Notes under the pieces: model-generated
Databases searched by the model: none
What the model saw: the letters and a program-made list of their open reading frames with translations, nothing else
Told to the model about the DNA's origin: nothing
Position numbers and translations under genes: made by a program
Part shown: in pieces, positions 1 through 9,194 of the stretch
Position numbering within the stretch: position 1 is the first letter of the stretch
How the letters are laid out: every line of letters starts with the position of its first letter
Assembly: GCA_048941285.1 (NCBI GenBank)
Contig: JBHLNS010000022.1
Span: forward strand, 1 to 50,279
Source of the DNA: Promethearchaeota archaeon
GTDB lineage: Archaea > Asgardarchaeota > Lokiarchaeia > Sigyniarchaeales > SOKP01
Direction of reading: 5' to 3'
DNA length: 50,279 bases

Positions 1-384
1 TGGTGGGCAGATGATATGGATGATTTCACGGAGGGTAATAGAGATAAATGGAAATGGACTATGATGATAATGCAACCCGATTGGATAACTCAAGAGATAA
101 TAAATGAAGCAATTAAAAACACAATAGAAAAAAGCCCTGAACTTGAAAAAGTAATAGCAAAACTCCGTTTTGAAAAATACAAGGAAGGCAAAGCAGCACA
201 AATTATGCATATAGGCCCATATTCAGAAGAAGGTCCCAATATTGAAAAAATACACAATTTCATTAAATCTCACGGCGGATCATTTAATGGGCGTAACTAT
301 AAACATCATGAGATTTATCTTAGTGATCCAAGAAAAGCAAAACCAGAAAATATGAAAACTGTGATAAGGCAACCATTTAATTAA
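1..384 (+). CDS. GyrI-like small-molecule-binding domain protein (5' truncated by window edge)
   Basis: Frame is open from base 1 (WWADDMDDF...). Contains W-x-W-TMMIMQP, AQIMHIGPYSEE and HHEIYLSDPR, typical of the GyrI-like family. Confidence 0.85.
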   Translation, partial: WWADDMDDFTEGNRDKWKWTMMIMQPDWITQEIINEAIKNTIEKSPELEKVIAKLRFEKYKEGKAAQIMHIGPYSEEGPNIEKIHNFIKSHGGSFNGRNYKHHEIYLSDPRKAKPENMKTVIRQPFN

Positions 385-487
385 TATTTTTTTTAATTCT
401 CCTTACTTTTTTTAGATATAATCATCAAAATCTTTAAATTTTAAGTCTCAAGTAATTTTAATTAACTAAAAATATTTAGTGAAGAAA

Positions 488-1033
488 ATGAGTGAAGAAA
501 AAAATTTACAAAAAATTAATGTACGAGATTGGATTGTGCTTAGTACGGTGATGATTGGAGCAGTTCTGACAATTTTAGCTTTAATTTGGCAAGTTCCACC
601 AACAAATGGCATAGTTACAAGCACTTTTTTATTAATGGTGTCATTTATATTTTTTGTTAATTCTGTATCTGCTAATTCGAAAGCTCAATTTGAAGCAAAT
701 TTAGTGAACGTTGCTGAATCTCGTATTAATCGATTCGTATCTTTCGCAGAATATTCATTCGGACTTGGTTTTACTTTAGTTATAACAGGATTCACAATTC
801 TTGGGTATGAATATCTCTTAAGCTATGTTGGTCATGAATTAGTAGCTTTAATGCTCCCAATTACTTTTTTAGCAATCACATGGATAATTATATTTCTATA
901 CAATATTATCAATTATTCTGGCAAACCAATTGGAGCGATTAGAAGTTTAAAACGTAATCTATGGATGTTATTAGAATTATTCTGCCTAATAATAATCATA
1001 TTTGATTTTTTTGGGATAATCTTAATTCCCTAA
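488..1033 (+). CDS. Hypothetical polytopic membrane protein
   Basis: About 5 hydrophobic segments. ATG at 488 (MSEEK); alternative GTG at 479. Confidence 0.7.
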   Translation: MSEEKNLQKINVRDWIVLSTVMIGAVLTILALIWQVPPTNGIVTSTFLLMVSFIFFVNSVSANSKAQFEANLVNVAESRINRFVSFAEYSFGLGFTLVITGFTILGYEYLLSYVGHELVALMLPITFLAITWIIIFLYNIINYSGKPIGAIRSLKRNLWMLLELFCLIIIIFDFFGIILIP

Positions 1034-1046
1034 ACTTTTTTTTAAA

Positions 1047-3455
1047 TTAAATAAAACATGACAGATCTTTTTGAAGAGATTTCTTATTATAATCTGAAGT
1101 CAATAATTCCTCAAGTTCAGGGAATTCAAAAGGAAAAATGTTTTCAAAAGCTCTTTTCAGTAGTTCAACATACTTTTTTCGATCATATTCATGTTTCTTT
1201 TCATCATATAAATCTGAAAGGACTACTTTTTTTTCAGGGAAATTCGGATCAGCATCAGCATTAAGAATAATATATCTCACGTTCTTTCCTGCGGACGCTA
1301 TAACACCCGATCGTTCTAATTGTCTAGCAGCAACTGCTTGATATGAATTTACCTTATATTGATTTGGACTTCGAGAGATCTTTTGTTTTATCGTGAGTTC
1401 ATCACGGGAAACTTTTCCGGAGTACACCCTCTCCACATATTCAAAGAGTTTTTTCTTTGCTTCCGGTATTCTTTTTTTAAACTCATCAACTGTCATTGCT
1501 CCTTGAAATATATCAATAAAAGCATACTGTGCATCTTTCACAATTTTGGGCATATCTCTACGCCGTACTTCAATGCCTCTGACCTTTATCTCACCATCGC
1601 TTTTGATACCCCAATAATGACTAAGTGCAGGGACATCTGGCTCTGCTCGAGAAGGTAAAAAAACAATAGTATTAAAGCGCCCATCCCAACTCATTGGAAT
1701 ACTTGTGCTTTCGGAAATTTCTTTTGCAATTTTCTTTGTAATTATTTCAAATTCCTCTGGAGTTCTTCCTTTTTTATCTTGAAGCCACATTGAATCAACA
1801 ATTCCATGAACAACTTTACAATTATAATTCTTCGCAATTTCAGCAGATCTCAATAAAAACTCACGAGCAAAAGCACAAACTGTTTGATGTGCCTCAATTT
1901 TGCCAAAACGAGCATTCTTGAATCCAAGATATCCGAAACTTACAACAAGCACCCATTTCAAAGCAATATCCGTGAATTTATAGCGAAGATCATCATGTGT
2001 CTTATTATATTCTTTGCACTCTAAACGTTTTCTAAGGGGGAGGCTTATCGATTTTGATATTATACCCTCCCTTTTTGTGCATATATGGAAATTAAGACCC
2101 GGCACTTTAATGCCCATTCCATCGTCCTTGCAACACTTGCAGTTAATTGTTTCTGAAGAAATGTTAAAATTTGCCATTAAAGATGGATACATTGAAGAAA
2201 AATCCAATTCTACAACTTGATCGAAAACACCGATTAAAGGTTCAAATATATGACCGCCCCGATCATTTGTGATTAAGTCTATACAGTTTCGAAAACCTTC
2301 TGGGCTTTTCTTGAAAGGCGGGATAAGATGATCTAGTTTATATGCATTATAGTATTGTATCGATTGCAGGGCACCACCAATTGTAACTCTACATAATCTC
2401 TGCATAGGGACCCGAGACACCCTTGCAACTTCAATAACTCCGGGAATATTACCTTCACTAAAATGTAGACTGCCATAAGTCGTAGTGTCTAAATGAAAAC
2501 GCCCCGTAAAATAGACTTGTGTTTTAGAACGTCGCATTATTATTCCGTAAGACATGTAATGATCTGAGTTTCCTGATAGATTAAAGATACATTTCCTAAG
2601 TGGTGTTCTAGTGCGAGAAAAATATATATCCTTTGACACTCGATTCGCTGACGCTCGCGCAGCTAAGTAAGGAAATACAAATTCATCTCCTCCGCGTGTT
2701 AATATAATGTCAGGATCTAATCTTTCAATCACCTTACTAATTGCTTTGATTGTTTCACCTTCATCAGCCTTATCAATTAGGATCTTTCTCTTTCTCTGTC
2801 CATCTGCTCTTGGGATATTGGCTTTCTCATCCTTTTCAACAATACTGACTTCTGCATATAGTAGAGGATCATTGAAATAAGCTTTCATTCCACGCTGTCG
2901 TATTTTAATATCTAGCCACACAGCTTTCAGAGGCGGTAAATCATAAAATAATTCTTCATTGTCATCATTTAATTCTAATGATATCAGGCGCATTATTGAA
3001 GCACCAACTCTTCCCTTATTCTCAACTTTGACCCTGAAACTGCAAAGAGACATCGGAAACAAGTCATTTACATAGAAATACATCTGAGAAATTGGAAGAT
3101 CAGTATTATACAAAGTAAAAAGACCGATTTCATCGATTTCGTTAATTGTCTTCTTAAAAACTGAAGGCTTCACAACAGAAACTCCAAGAATTTTTGTTTT
3201 TTTGTGATCCTCCAGCTTCACATATTTTTCACAAATTCTTACATCCTCTACATTATGGTGGGATTTAATAATCTGTTTTAGTCTTTTAAAGTCTTTACCA
3301 ACATGTTTTTTTGGCACAGCGAAAAATTCGGGGCAGAAGTCATGAAAAATTTTTATGACTTTTTGCTCTTTTGCTTTTTTGACCCAGAGAATTACTCCAT
3401 TGCTATATGTGGAAACATCTAAAAGCCAACCATCAAATTGTTCATGAAAGTACAA
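1047..3455 (-). CDS. polB2: Family B DNA polymerase, PolB2 (Dpo2-like) group
   Basis: Motif A DFSSMYPS is intact. Motif B is KWVLVVSFGYLG (canonical KxxxNSxYG). Motif C is HGIVDS (canonical YGDTDS), the PolB2 signature. Exo motifs are degenerate (LDIK; GGDEFVFPYL). C-terminus QKDLSCFI. Confidence 0.92.
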   Translation of the reverse strand: MYFHEQFDGWLLDVSTYSNGVILWVKKAKEQKVIKIFHDFCPEFFAVPKKHVGKDFKRLKQIIKSHHNVEDVRICEKYVKLEDHKKTKILGVSVVKPSVFKKTINEIDEIGLFTLYNTDLPISQMYFYVNDLFPMSLCSFRVKVENKGRVGASIMRLISLELNDDNEELFYDLPPLKAVWLDIKIRQRGMKAYFNDPLLYAEVSIVEKDEKANIPRADGQRKRKILIDKADEGETIKAISKVIERLDPDIILTRGGDEFVFPYLAARASANRVSKDIYFSRTRTPLRKCIFNLSGNSDHYMSYGIIMRRSKTQVYFTGRFHLDTTTYGSLHFSEGNIPGVIEVARVSRVPMQRLCRVTIGGALQSIQYYNAYKLDHLIPPFKKSPEGFRNCIDLITNDRGGHIFEPLIGVFDQVVELDFSSMYPSLMANFNISSETINCKCCKDDGMGIKVPGLNFHICTKREGIISKSISLPLRKRLECKEYNKTHDDLRYKFTDIALKWVLVVSFGYLGFKNARFGKIEAHQTVCAFAREFLLRSAEIAKNYNCKVVHGIVDSMWLQDKKGRTPEEFEIITKKIAKEISESTSIPMSWDGRFNTIVFLPSRAEPDVPALSHYWGIKSDGEIKVRGIEVRRRDMPKIVKDAQYAFIDIFQGAMTVDEFKKRIPEAKKKLFEYVERVYSGKVSRDELTIKQKISRSPNQYKVNSYQAVAARQLERSGVIASAGKNVRYIILNADADPNFPEKKVVLSDLYDEKKHEYDRKKYVELLKRAFENIFPFEFPELEELLTSDYNKKSLQKDLSCFI

Positions 3456-3458
3456 TTT

Positions 3459-3731
3459 CTATTCTGTTCCTTTTATCGTTTCTTCTAATTCTTTTACTTT
3501 TCCTTCTAGCATTTCGATTTTCTTTTCTTGTTCGACCGCAAAAGAAATAAACAAAACTTCTGACAACATTGGACGCGCACTCATGCTGCCGGCATCTGCA
3601 TGAATTCGCGCAAAATTCATCAATTTATCGAATATCTTCTGCTCTTCCGGGCGCAGTGCTCTTTTGAAATCCTTCCAGCTTTCAATCTCATGTTCTAAAG
3701 CAGGTCGAAAAGAGGGTACAGTTCTTCCCAT
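3459..3731 (-). CDS. Small PolB2-associated helical protein (arCOG07300-like)
   Basis: MGRTVPSFR...W..FKRALR.EE...FDKL...AR..A.A pattern of the small gene usually found directly upstream of polB2. Stop is 3 nt from the polB2 start. ATG 3731 preferred over the track's 3800. Confidence 0.8.
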   Translation of the reverse strand: MGRTVPSFRPALEHEIESWKDFKRALRPEEQKIFDKLMNFARIHADAGSMSARPMLSEVLFISFAVEQEKKIEMLEGKVKELEETIKGTE

Positions 3732-3779
3732 ATCTGACACTTTGATTTTGAGTAAAATCCAAAAAAGAAAGTATTTCGG

Positions 3780-3814
3780 CAAATTAAAACAAAAATACAA
3801 TACAAATTTTCTGA
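3780..3814 (-). promoter_or_regulatory. Shared upstream motif, copy 1 (upstream of small partner-polB2 operon)
   Basis: caaattaaaacaaaaatacaatacaaattttctga matches 7167-7201 at 28/35 positions without gaps. Confidence 0.6.
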
Positions 3815-3880
3815 TTTTTTTAAAAGGAAAATAATAATAGTTCGGAAAATATTACTATATAGAATTTATGAGATGTTTAG

Positions 3881-4849
3881 ATGTACAAAATAATCGATTC
3901 TCTTTGTTATGTACCTACTGAAGAGGTATTTGTAGATCTTCTTGTTTCATTACCACCTCAAATGGGACGATATCTTAAGGACGTTTTTGGCCCAAGAGTA
4001 GCACCTCTTTTAGGGATCACATCAGAAGAGCTATATAGAATGAAATCAACATTGAATAGCTCCGAACTTATAGAAGCAATAAAACCATTTTTACCTAAAA
4101 TAAGAAAATTAACTATGTCTATTGAAAAATTTGTCGATCAACTCAATAAAATGGGAGTTGAAAAAGCCGTCATTTTCAATTTAGATGAAGAAACTCCAAG
4201 TGGAATAAAAGGATTACCAAATGATTATTATGCTGAAATAGTACGACAGTTTCCAGATAAATTTATAGGTTTTGCTGGAATTGACCCATTAAAAAAAAAG
4301 AAAGCCCTAAAAGAGATTAGAAGGTCATATGATTTAGGCCTTAGAGGGATTGCAATTAGGCCATTTATGTTTCAAATTCCACCATCACATAAAAAAATGT
4401 ATCCTATATATTCCACTTGCATAGAGCTTGATATTCCGATATGGTTTCATATATCAATCAATTATTCTACTAATACAATGGAAGTGGAACGCCCCATTTA
4501 TCTTGATATTGTTGCCCAAGATTTTCCTGAATTAAAAATGATTGCTGGACATGGGGGTTGGCCTTGGATTAATGAAATGATAGCAGTTGCCTGGCATAAT
4601 CCTAATATTTATATTGATATCGCTTCTTACCTACCTAAATATATTGGTATGAAGGGAACTGGTTGGGAACCTCTTATCCATTATGGTAATTCGGTTTTAC
4701 AAGATAGGATTCTATTTGGATCTACCTGGCTGTTCATGGGAATGTCAATAAAAGAATTAGCTGATGAGGTTATGAAGTTGCCGTTGAAAGAAGTAGTGAA
4801 GAAAAAATGGCTTTATGGCAATGCAGCTAAACTTCTTGGTATAAACTGA
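3881..4849 (+). CDS. Amidohydrolase family (amidohydrolase_2-like) protein
   Basis: FIGFAGIDP, IPIWFH, IAGHGGWPW, NIYIDIA, RILFGS and LYGNAAKLL motifs. Confidence 0.85.
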   Translation: MYKIIDSLCYVPTEEVFVDLLVSLPPQMGRYLKDVFGPRVAPLLGITSEELYRMKSTLNSSELIEAIKPFLPKIRKLTMSIEKFVDQLNKMGVEKAVIFNLDEETPSGIKGLPNDYYAEIVRQFPDKFIGFAGIDPLKKKKALKEIRRSYDLGLRGIAIRPFMFQIPPSHKKMYPIYSTCIELDIPIWFHISINYSTNTMEVERPIYLDIVAQDFPELKMIAGHGGWPWINEMIAVAWHNPNIYIDIASYLPKYIGMKGTGWEPLIHYGNSVLQDRILFGSTWLFMGMSIKELADEVMKLPLKEVVKKKWLYGNAAKLLGIN

Positions 4850-4863
4850 TCAGATTTAATAGA

Positions 4864-4974
4864 TTATTCTTCTTTTTCATTGCACTCTGGACAAAATATC
4901 AGTTCAAAATCTTCTAAATCACTTCTCCAAACATATATCATACCATTTCCTTCACACAATTCGCATCTTTTCAC
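4864..4974 (-). CDS. 36-aa zinc-finger microprotein (not in ORF track)
   Basis: GTG start with AAGGAGA just upstream. Translation MKRCELCEGNGMIYVWRSDLEDFELIFCPECNEKEE has CxxCxGxG and CPxC. Confidence 0.65.
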   Translation of the reverse strand: MKRCELCEGNGMIYVWRSDLEDFELIFCPECNEKEE

Positions 4975-5204
4975 ATCTCCTTTAGGATATACAAAATAAT
5001 TCGTAACGATAACTCACTTCCTTTTTTATTCATGATATTTGAACTTGAAAATTCCATCATTATACTATAAAATACCCTATTTAAGTGTTTTCATAAAGTT
5101 TGAAATTTGTAAAGATATTATGTTAATAATTATTGGAAAAAAATTATTAAATAAGACTGAAACTTATTAATTTATTAGAAAAAACCGAATATACCAGTAA
5201 AGTA

Positions 5205-5621
5205 ATGACTGAAAACAACAATGAATGGCATGCCCCCTGTGGAATTTTTTGCAAGAGATGTCCAGGAGTAGAATCTTTTGGATGTAAAGGATGTAGAGCT
5301 CAAGAGGGGCAAATTCATAAATTTCCCGTATGCAAAACTTATAAATGTGTTACAAGGAAAGGATTTGAATTTTGCTATGAATGTAATGAATTCCCATGTG
5401 AAATGTTACAACCAATTGTAAAATTTGAAATCTTTGAGCCTCACAATTCAAAAGTTTATAACTTGGTTATGATTCAAAAATATGGTTTAGAAGAATGGAA
5501 TAAAATCTGTGATGAAAAATCTAATCTTTATTATCAAGGAAGGAAAATTCGATATGGTGGTGATCCTTTGACACTTGGGCAAAAAGATCCTAGTATATAT
5601 AAAAAAAAGAAAAAAGAATAA
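5205..5621 (+). CDS. DUF3795-like Cys-rich protein
   Basis: APCGxxCxxC...CxGC...CxxxxC...FCYECNEFPC pattern. Confidence 0.75.
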   Translation: MTENNNEWHAPCGIFCKRCPGVESFGCKGCRAQEGQIHKFPVCKTYKCVTRKGFEFCYECNEFPCEMLQPIVKFEIFEPHNSKVYNLVMIQKYGLEEWNKICDEKSNLYYQGRKIRYGGDPLTLGQKDPSIYKKKKKE

Positions 5622-5720
5622 TAAATATTTTTCAATATAATTTTTAAAATAAATATTCCCTATAATACCTCGACCAAAACTAATCTTAAAACAAATTTGT
5701 TTCTTTTATTAAAAAGGATA

Positions 5721-6038
5721 CTAATGCATTGATTTTTTCTCAGCTTTTTCAACTCTTTCAGCTTCTTTTTCAGCTTCCTTGTCAGCTTTCTTCTTATCTT
5801 TTTTAACTTTATCGGCTTTTTTTTTAACTTCTTCGTCGTCTCTCTTGAGTCCATCAGCAACCTTCCTTGATTCCTTAGTTTTTTCTGTTGCTGCCTTCTC
5901 ATGTTTTTCATAATCTTCTTTCGTTGCTTCCCTAATAGCTTTAGCTCCACATTTTTCACAATATAATGTGTCTGTATGAGTAAATTCTCCGCATGAATCA
6001 CAGATTAATTTAAATGTTTTTCTAAATGTCTTATCCAA
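5721..6038 (-). CDS. Zinc-ribbon protein with Lys/Glu-rich helical tail
   Basis: CDSCG...CEKCG followed by a charged helix. TTG start with GTGAGGA upstream. Confidence 0.7.
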   Translation of the reverse strand: MDKTFRKTFKLICDSCGEFTHTDTLYCEKCGAKAIREATKEDYEKHEKAATEKTKESRKVADGLKRDDEEVKKKADKVKKDKKKADKEAEKEAERVEKAEKKSMH

Positions 6039-6396
6039 AATTCCTCACATCTTTTATTTTTTTTTTCCAGTACTAATCTTACTAATATTTACTTTATTTA
6101 AAGGCTATTTATACTTATATATTTATATGTGTGGTAAAGATTAATTCACATTTTATTAATAGATAGAAATCATAGAAATGTAGCTTAATATAGAGGAAAA
6201 TTAACCCCAATAGACTCAAGTTGTATTCTTAAAGAATTTTTCTTATTTTGCGATTTCCCCTTTTTTTAAAAAAAAAAATTAGGAGATTTAACTGGTAGCA
6301 AGAAAGTAGAAGTATTTAAAATTTCAGAGATTCAATAGATCTTGGATCTTTTATAATCATATTCGCTGCAGTTTTACTAGTGTCAATATTAAAGAT

Positions 6397-7149
6397 TTAC
6401 ACCCAATAATCTAATGTAGTATTTTTTAAAGGAATCTTTTTCTTGGTCGTGCGAGGTTTCCACTTTAGCAACCGATTTTCTGGAAGATATGGGTGTTGTA
6501 CGAGAACATATTCTACATACCTATCATCATCATTTATCTTCACGAGCACATTTCCAAAATGAGAAAGTATTTTTCCACCCTTTGGTCTAAAAAGGGAATT
6601 ATCGTGTAAAGGTGCTGTTATAATAATGAGAGGATTTGCTTTCCAGAGTATCTGTTTAATCCCGTCTACTATCCTTAGCAAATCTTCAAATGTCTGTCTT
6701 TCATAACCTTCAAATAGAGTCGTAATCCCAGAGATTAATACGACTTTCACATCTTCAAGTATAGAAAGTCTATTCTCCAAAATCTCGACCATTTGATCCC
6801 ATGTAAACGCTCGTGAAATAAGAATGCTTTCTAGCACTTTCCGTGGTGACAGATTCTGGGATACTGCAAACTTACTTACATTATAAGGATTAAAACGGTT
6901 ATTTCCATCGATAAAAGCAACTCTAATACCCTCCCCGAGTCCTCCATTGGTAAAAGCTTTCTGGGCAATAACGGCAGTGGTTAACAAAATATTGTTCGTT
7001 AGCTTCTTATCCCCATAGAGTAAATACACCAAATCACGATGAAAGCCCCCAGAAAGCAACTCATCTAACGTGCTATCCCCACTTGAAATAAGAGAGATAT
7101 TACTGTTCCTTTTATATAATGTGAATCCTGTCTGATTCAGAGTCATCAT
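6397..7149 (-). CDS. Inactive RecA/RadA-superfamily protein (PolB2-cassette type)
   Basis: SSGDSTLDELLSGG, then Walker A reduced to YGDKKLT. AFIDGNNRFNPY and ILISRAFT present. Walker B region is VLISG. C-terminus NTTLDYWV. Confidence 0.85.
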   Translation of the reverse strand: MMTLNQTGFTLYKRNSNISLISSGDSTLDELLSGGFHRDLVYLLYGDKKLTNNILLTTAVIAQKAFTNGGLGEGIRVAFIDGNNRFNPYNVSKFAVSQNLSPRKVLESILISRAFTWDQMVEILENRLSILEDVKVVLISGITTLFEGYERQTFEDLLRIVDGIKQILWKANPLIIITAPLHDNSLFRPKGGKILSHFGNVLVKINDDDRYVEYVLVQHPYLPENRLLKWKPRTTKKKIPLKNTTLDYWV

Positions 7150-7166
7150 ATGAAGTAACTATTCTT

Positions 7167-7201
7167 CAAAATAAAACAAAGATACACCGACAATTTTCTG
7201 A
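7167..7201 (-). promoter_or_regulatory. Shared upstream motif, copy 2 (upstream of radA-like gene)
   Basis: caaaataaaacaaagatacaccgacaattttctga, 17 nt upstream of the ATG at 7149; 28/35 identical to 3780-3814. Confidence 0.6.
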
Positions 7202-7484
7202 AATATTCGTGATTTCTCTATGGGGTAGTATCACTATTTCTTTTTACAAAAAAAGAAGTTCTTTTAAAAGTAAAATCGTTTCATGAAGACGGAGGGGGGT
7301 GATTGAAAGTAAAAATAAGAAATTTCTAATGACTGAGATATTTGGCATTTCTATAGTGTAATGATTATAAAAAAAAAATTGATTGGTAAAATCAAATTTT
7401 ATAATAAGTAATGTTTAATATCAATCTGCCAATTTTATAGTTTAAAAACTAAATAAATGTATATTATTAAAATTAAGTGAAAAT

Positions 7485-9194
7485 ATGATGAGTTATAGTA
7501 GTCGTTTTTGGAAAGATAAATATGATAAAGGAATTACTGATTTGAATCCTAAAGAATTCGATTTTTCTTTTACTGAAATTACCAGAAAAACATTTGAAGA
7601 ACTCCCTGAAAAACTAGCAATTGCGTTCTACGGTACGGAAATCTCGTATGGAGAATTGGATAAATTATCGAATGAATTTGCTCATATGTTAATTGAGAAT
7701 GGAATGAAGAAAGGAGATGTACTGGGAATAAATACTGCGAATATTCCCGAATATATAATTGGGATATTGGGTGCTTTAAAAGCAGGAATTATTGTTTCAG
7801 GAGTTTCTCCACTTCTTTCAGCCGTTCAAATAGAATATCAGTTAAATGATTTAGGTGCTGAAGGAAAGCAAGTTGCTTTGCTTACATTGGATGCTATTTT
7901 TGCAGGTCATATAACAAAGATTTATACCAAGATTCCTTCATTAAAACTTGTGATTACAACTTCAGTTGGTGGGTTTATGCCCAAAATGCTTGCAAAGCTA
8001 GGGAAACTAGTAGGAAAGATCCCCAAAGGAAAGGTAACTCCTTTAGAAGGAGTAAATGTGCTTGAATATCATAAACAAGTCAAAGGGAAATATCCTGATG
8101 ACCTACCAAATGCAAAAGTAAATCCAAATGATATTGCATTCATCCAGTATACTGGAGGTACTACTGGTCCCCCAAAAGGAGCGAAGTTAAGTCACAGAAA
8201 TTTCGTAGCAGATATAAAAATCTTTCAGCATTGGCTTAGTTGGGAGTTTGGAACTGGTTTTGGATTATCAGGGTTTCCATTTTTCCATATAGCAGGATTA
8301 TTTACTTGCGCAAATGTCATAATGCTAGGCTGGAGTCAGATCTTAATCCCTAATCCAAGAGACACTGACCATATTATTAAAGAAATGCTGAAATATAGGC
8401 CAACTGTCTTAGCGAACGTACCCACATTGTATCAAATGTTGATAAAGAATCCAAAATTTACAAAAATCGATAAAGATATGATAGATTATGCTATTTCAGC
8501 AGCAGCACCTTTTCCAAAAGAGTCACAGGAGATATTTGAGAGCATAATTGGTGAAGGCAAACTTATAGAATTATATGGTATGACTGAAACTTCACCTTTA
8601 ACAATTGGTAATCCTTCAAAAGGAAAGAAAAAACTAGGACACATTGGCCTACCTTTTCCTAATGTGGAATTTAAGCTCGTAGACCCAGATTCGGGAAAAG
8701 AAGTACCTTTAAATGAAGCTGGAGAAATTTGTGTGAAAGGTCCGATGGTGATGGAGGGATATCATAACAAACCAGATGAAACTAAGAAAGCTATTGATTC
8801 AGAGGGCTATATGCATACCGGTGATGTTGGGATTATGGATGAAGAAGGATATGTGAGAATTGCAGATCGTACAAAGGATATGATTATTGTTGGTGGGTTT
8901 AAAGTTTTCTCAGCAAAATTGGAAGATACATTGACAAAGCATCCTGCTATTGAAATGGTAGCCACAATTGGCATTCCAAATCCTGATAGACCTGGATCTG
9001 AAATAGTTAAGGCCGTAATACAAATTGCGCCAGATTATGAATATGAAAATGAAGAGGCATTAAAAGAAGAGATTTTGGCATTTGCTAAGAAAGAATGTGC
9101 ACCTTATGAAGTTCCAAAAATAATAGAATTTACATCAGAATTACCACTTACCGTAGTGGGGAAAGTTGATAAGAAGCTCTTGAGAGATCATTAA
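7485..9194 (+). CDS. fadD: Long-chain fatty acid--CoA ligase (AMP-binding)
   Basis: QYTGGTTGPPKG, YGMTE, TGDVG, DRTKDMI and PLTVVGK motifs. Confidence 0.9.
   Translation: MMSYSSRFWKDKYDKGITDLNPKEFDFSFTEITRKTFEELPEKLAIAFYGTEISYGELDKLSNEFAHMLIENGMKKGDVLGINTANIPEYIIGILGALKAGIIVSGVSPLLSAVQIEYQLNDLGAEGKQVALLTLDAIFAGHITKIYTKIPSLKLVITTSVGGFMPKMLAKLGKLVGKIPKGKVTPLEGVNVLEYHKQVKGKYPDDLPNAKVNPNDIAFIQYTGGTTGPPKGAKLSHRNFVADIKIFQHWLSWEFGTGFGLSGFPFFHIAGLFTCANVIMLGWSQILIPNPRDTDHIIKEMLKYRPTVLANVPTLYQMLIKNPKFTKIDKDMIDYAISAAAPFPKESQEIFESIIGEGKLIELYGMTETSPLTIGNPSKGKKKLGHIGLPFPNVEFKLVDPDSGKEVPLNEAGEICVKGPMVMEGYHNKPDETKKAIDSEGYMHTGDVGIMDEEGYVRIADRTKDMIIVGGFKVFSAKLEDTLTKHPAIEMVATIGIPNPDRPGSEIVKAVIQIAPDYEYENEEALKEEILAFAKKECAPYEVPKIIEFTSELPLTVVGKVDKKLLRDH

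Noticed and set aside
1058-2220. Short + strand ORFs within polB2, and similar short antisense or nested ORFs throughout the track
   Set aside because: Contained within well-supported genes and lack recognisable motifs.
1047-3455. PolB as a casposon, viral or plasmid polymerase
   Set aside because: Motifs are cellular PolB2 type, not protein-primed; no cas1/integrase, capsid genes or terminal inverted repeats nearby.
3732-3800. N-terminal extension of the small PolB2 partner in the ORF track
   Set aside because: The family-like sequence begins at MGRT (3731), and the extension overlaps the putative promoter motif.
5660-6001. 113-aa Lys-rich alternative-frame ORF
   Set aside because: Overlaps the zinc-ribbon ORF 5721-6038, which has paired CxxCG motifs and an SD-like site.
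7280-7330. G-rich SD-like stretch GGAGGGGGGTGA in the radA-like/fadD intergenic region
   Set aside because: Followed only by ORFs under about 10 codons; no supportable structure or function.
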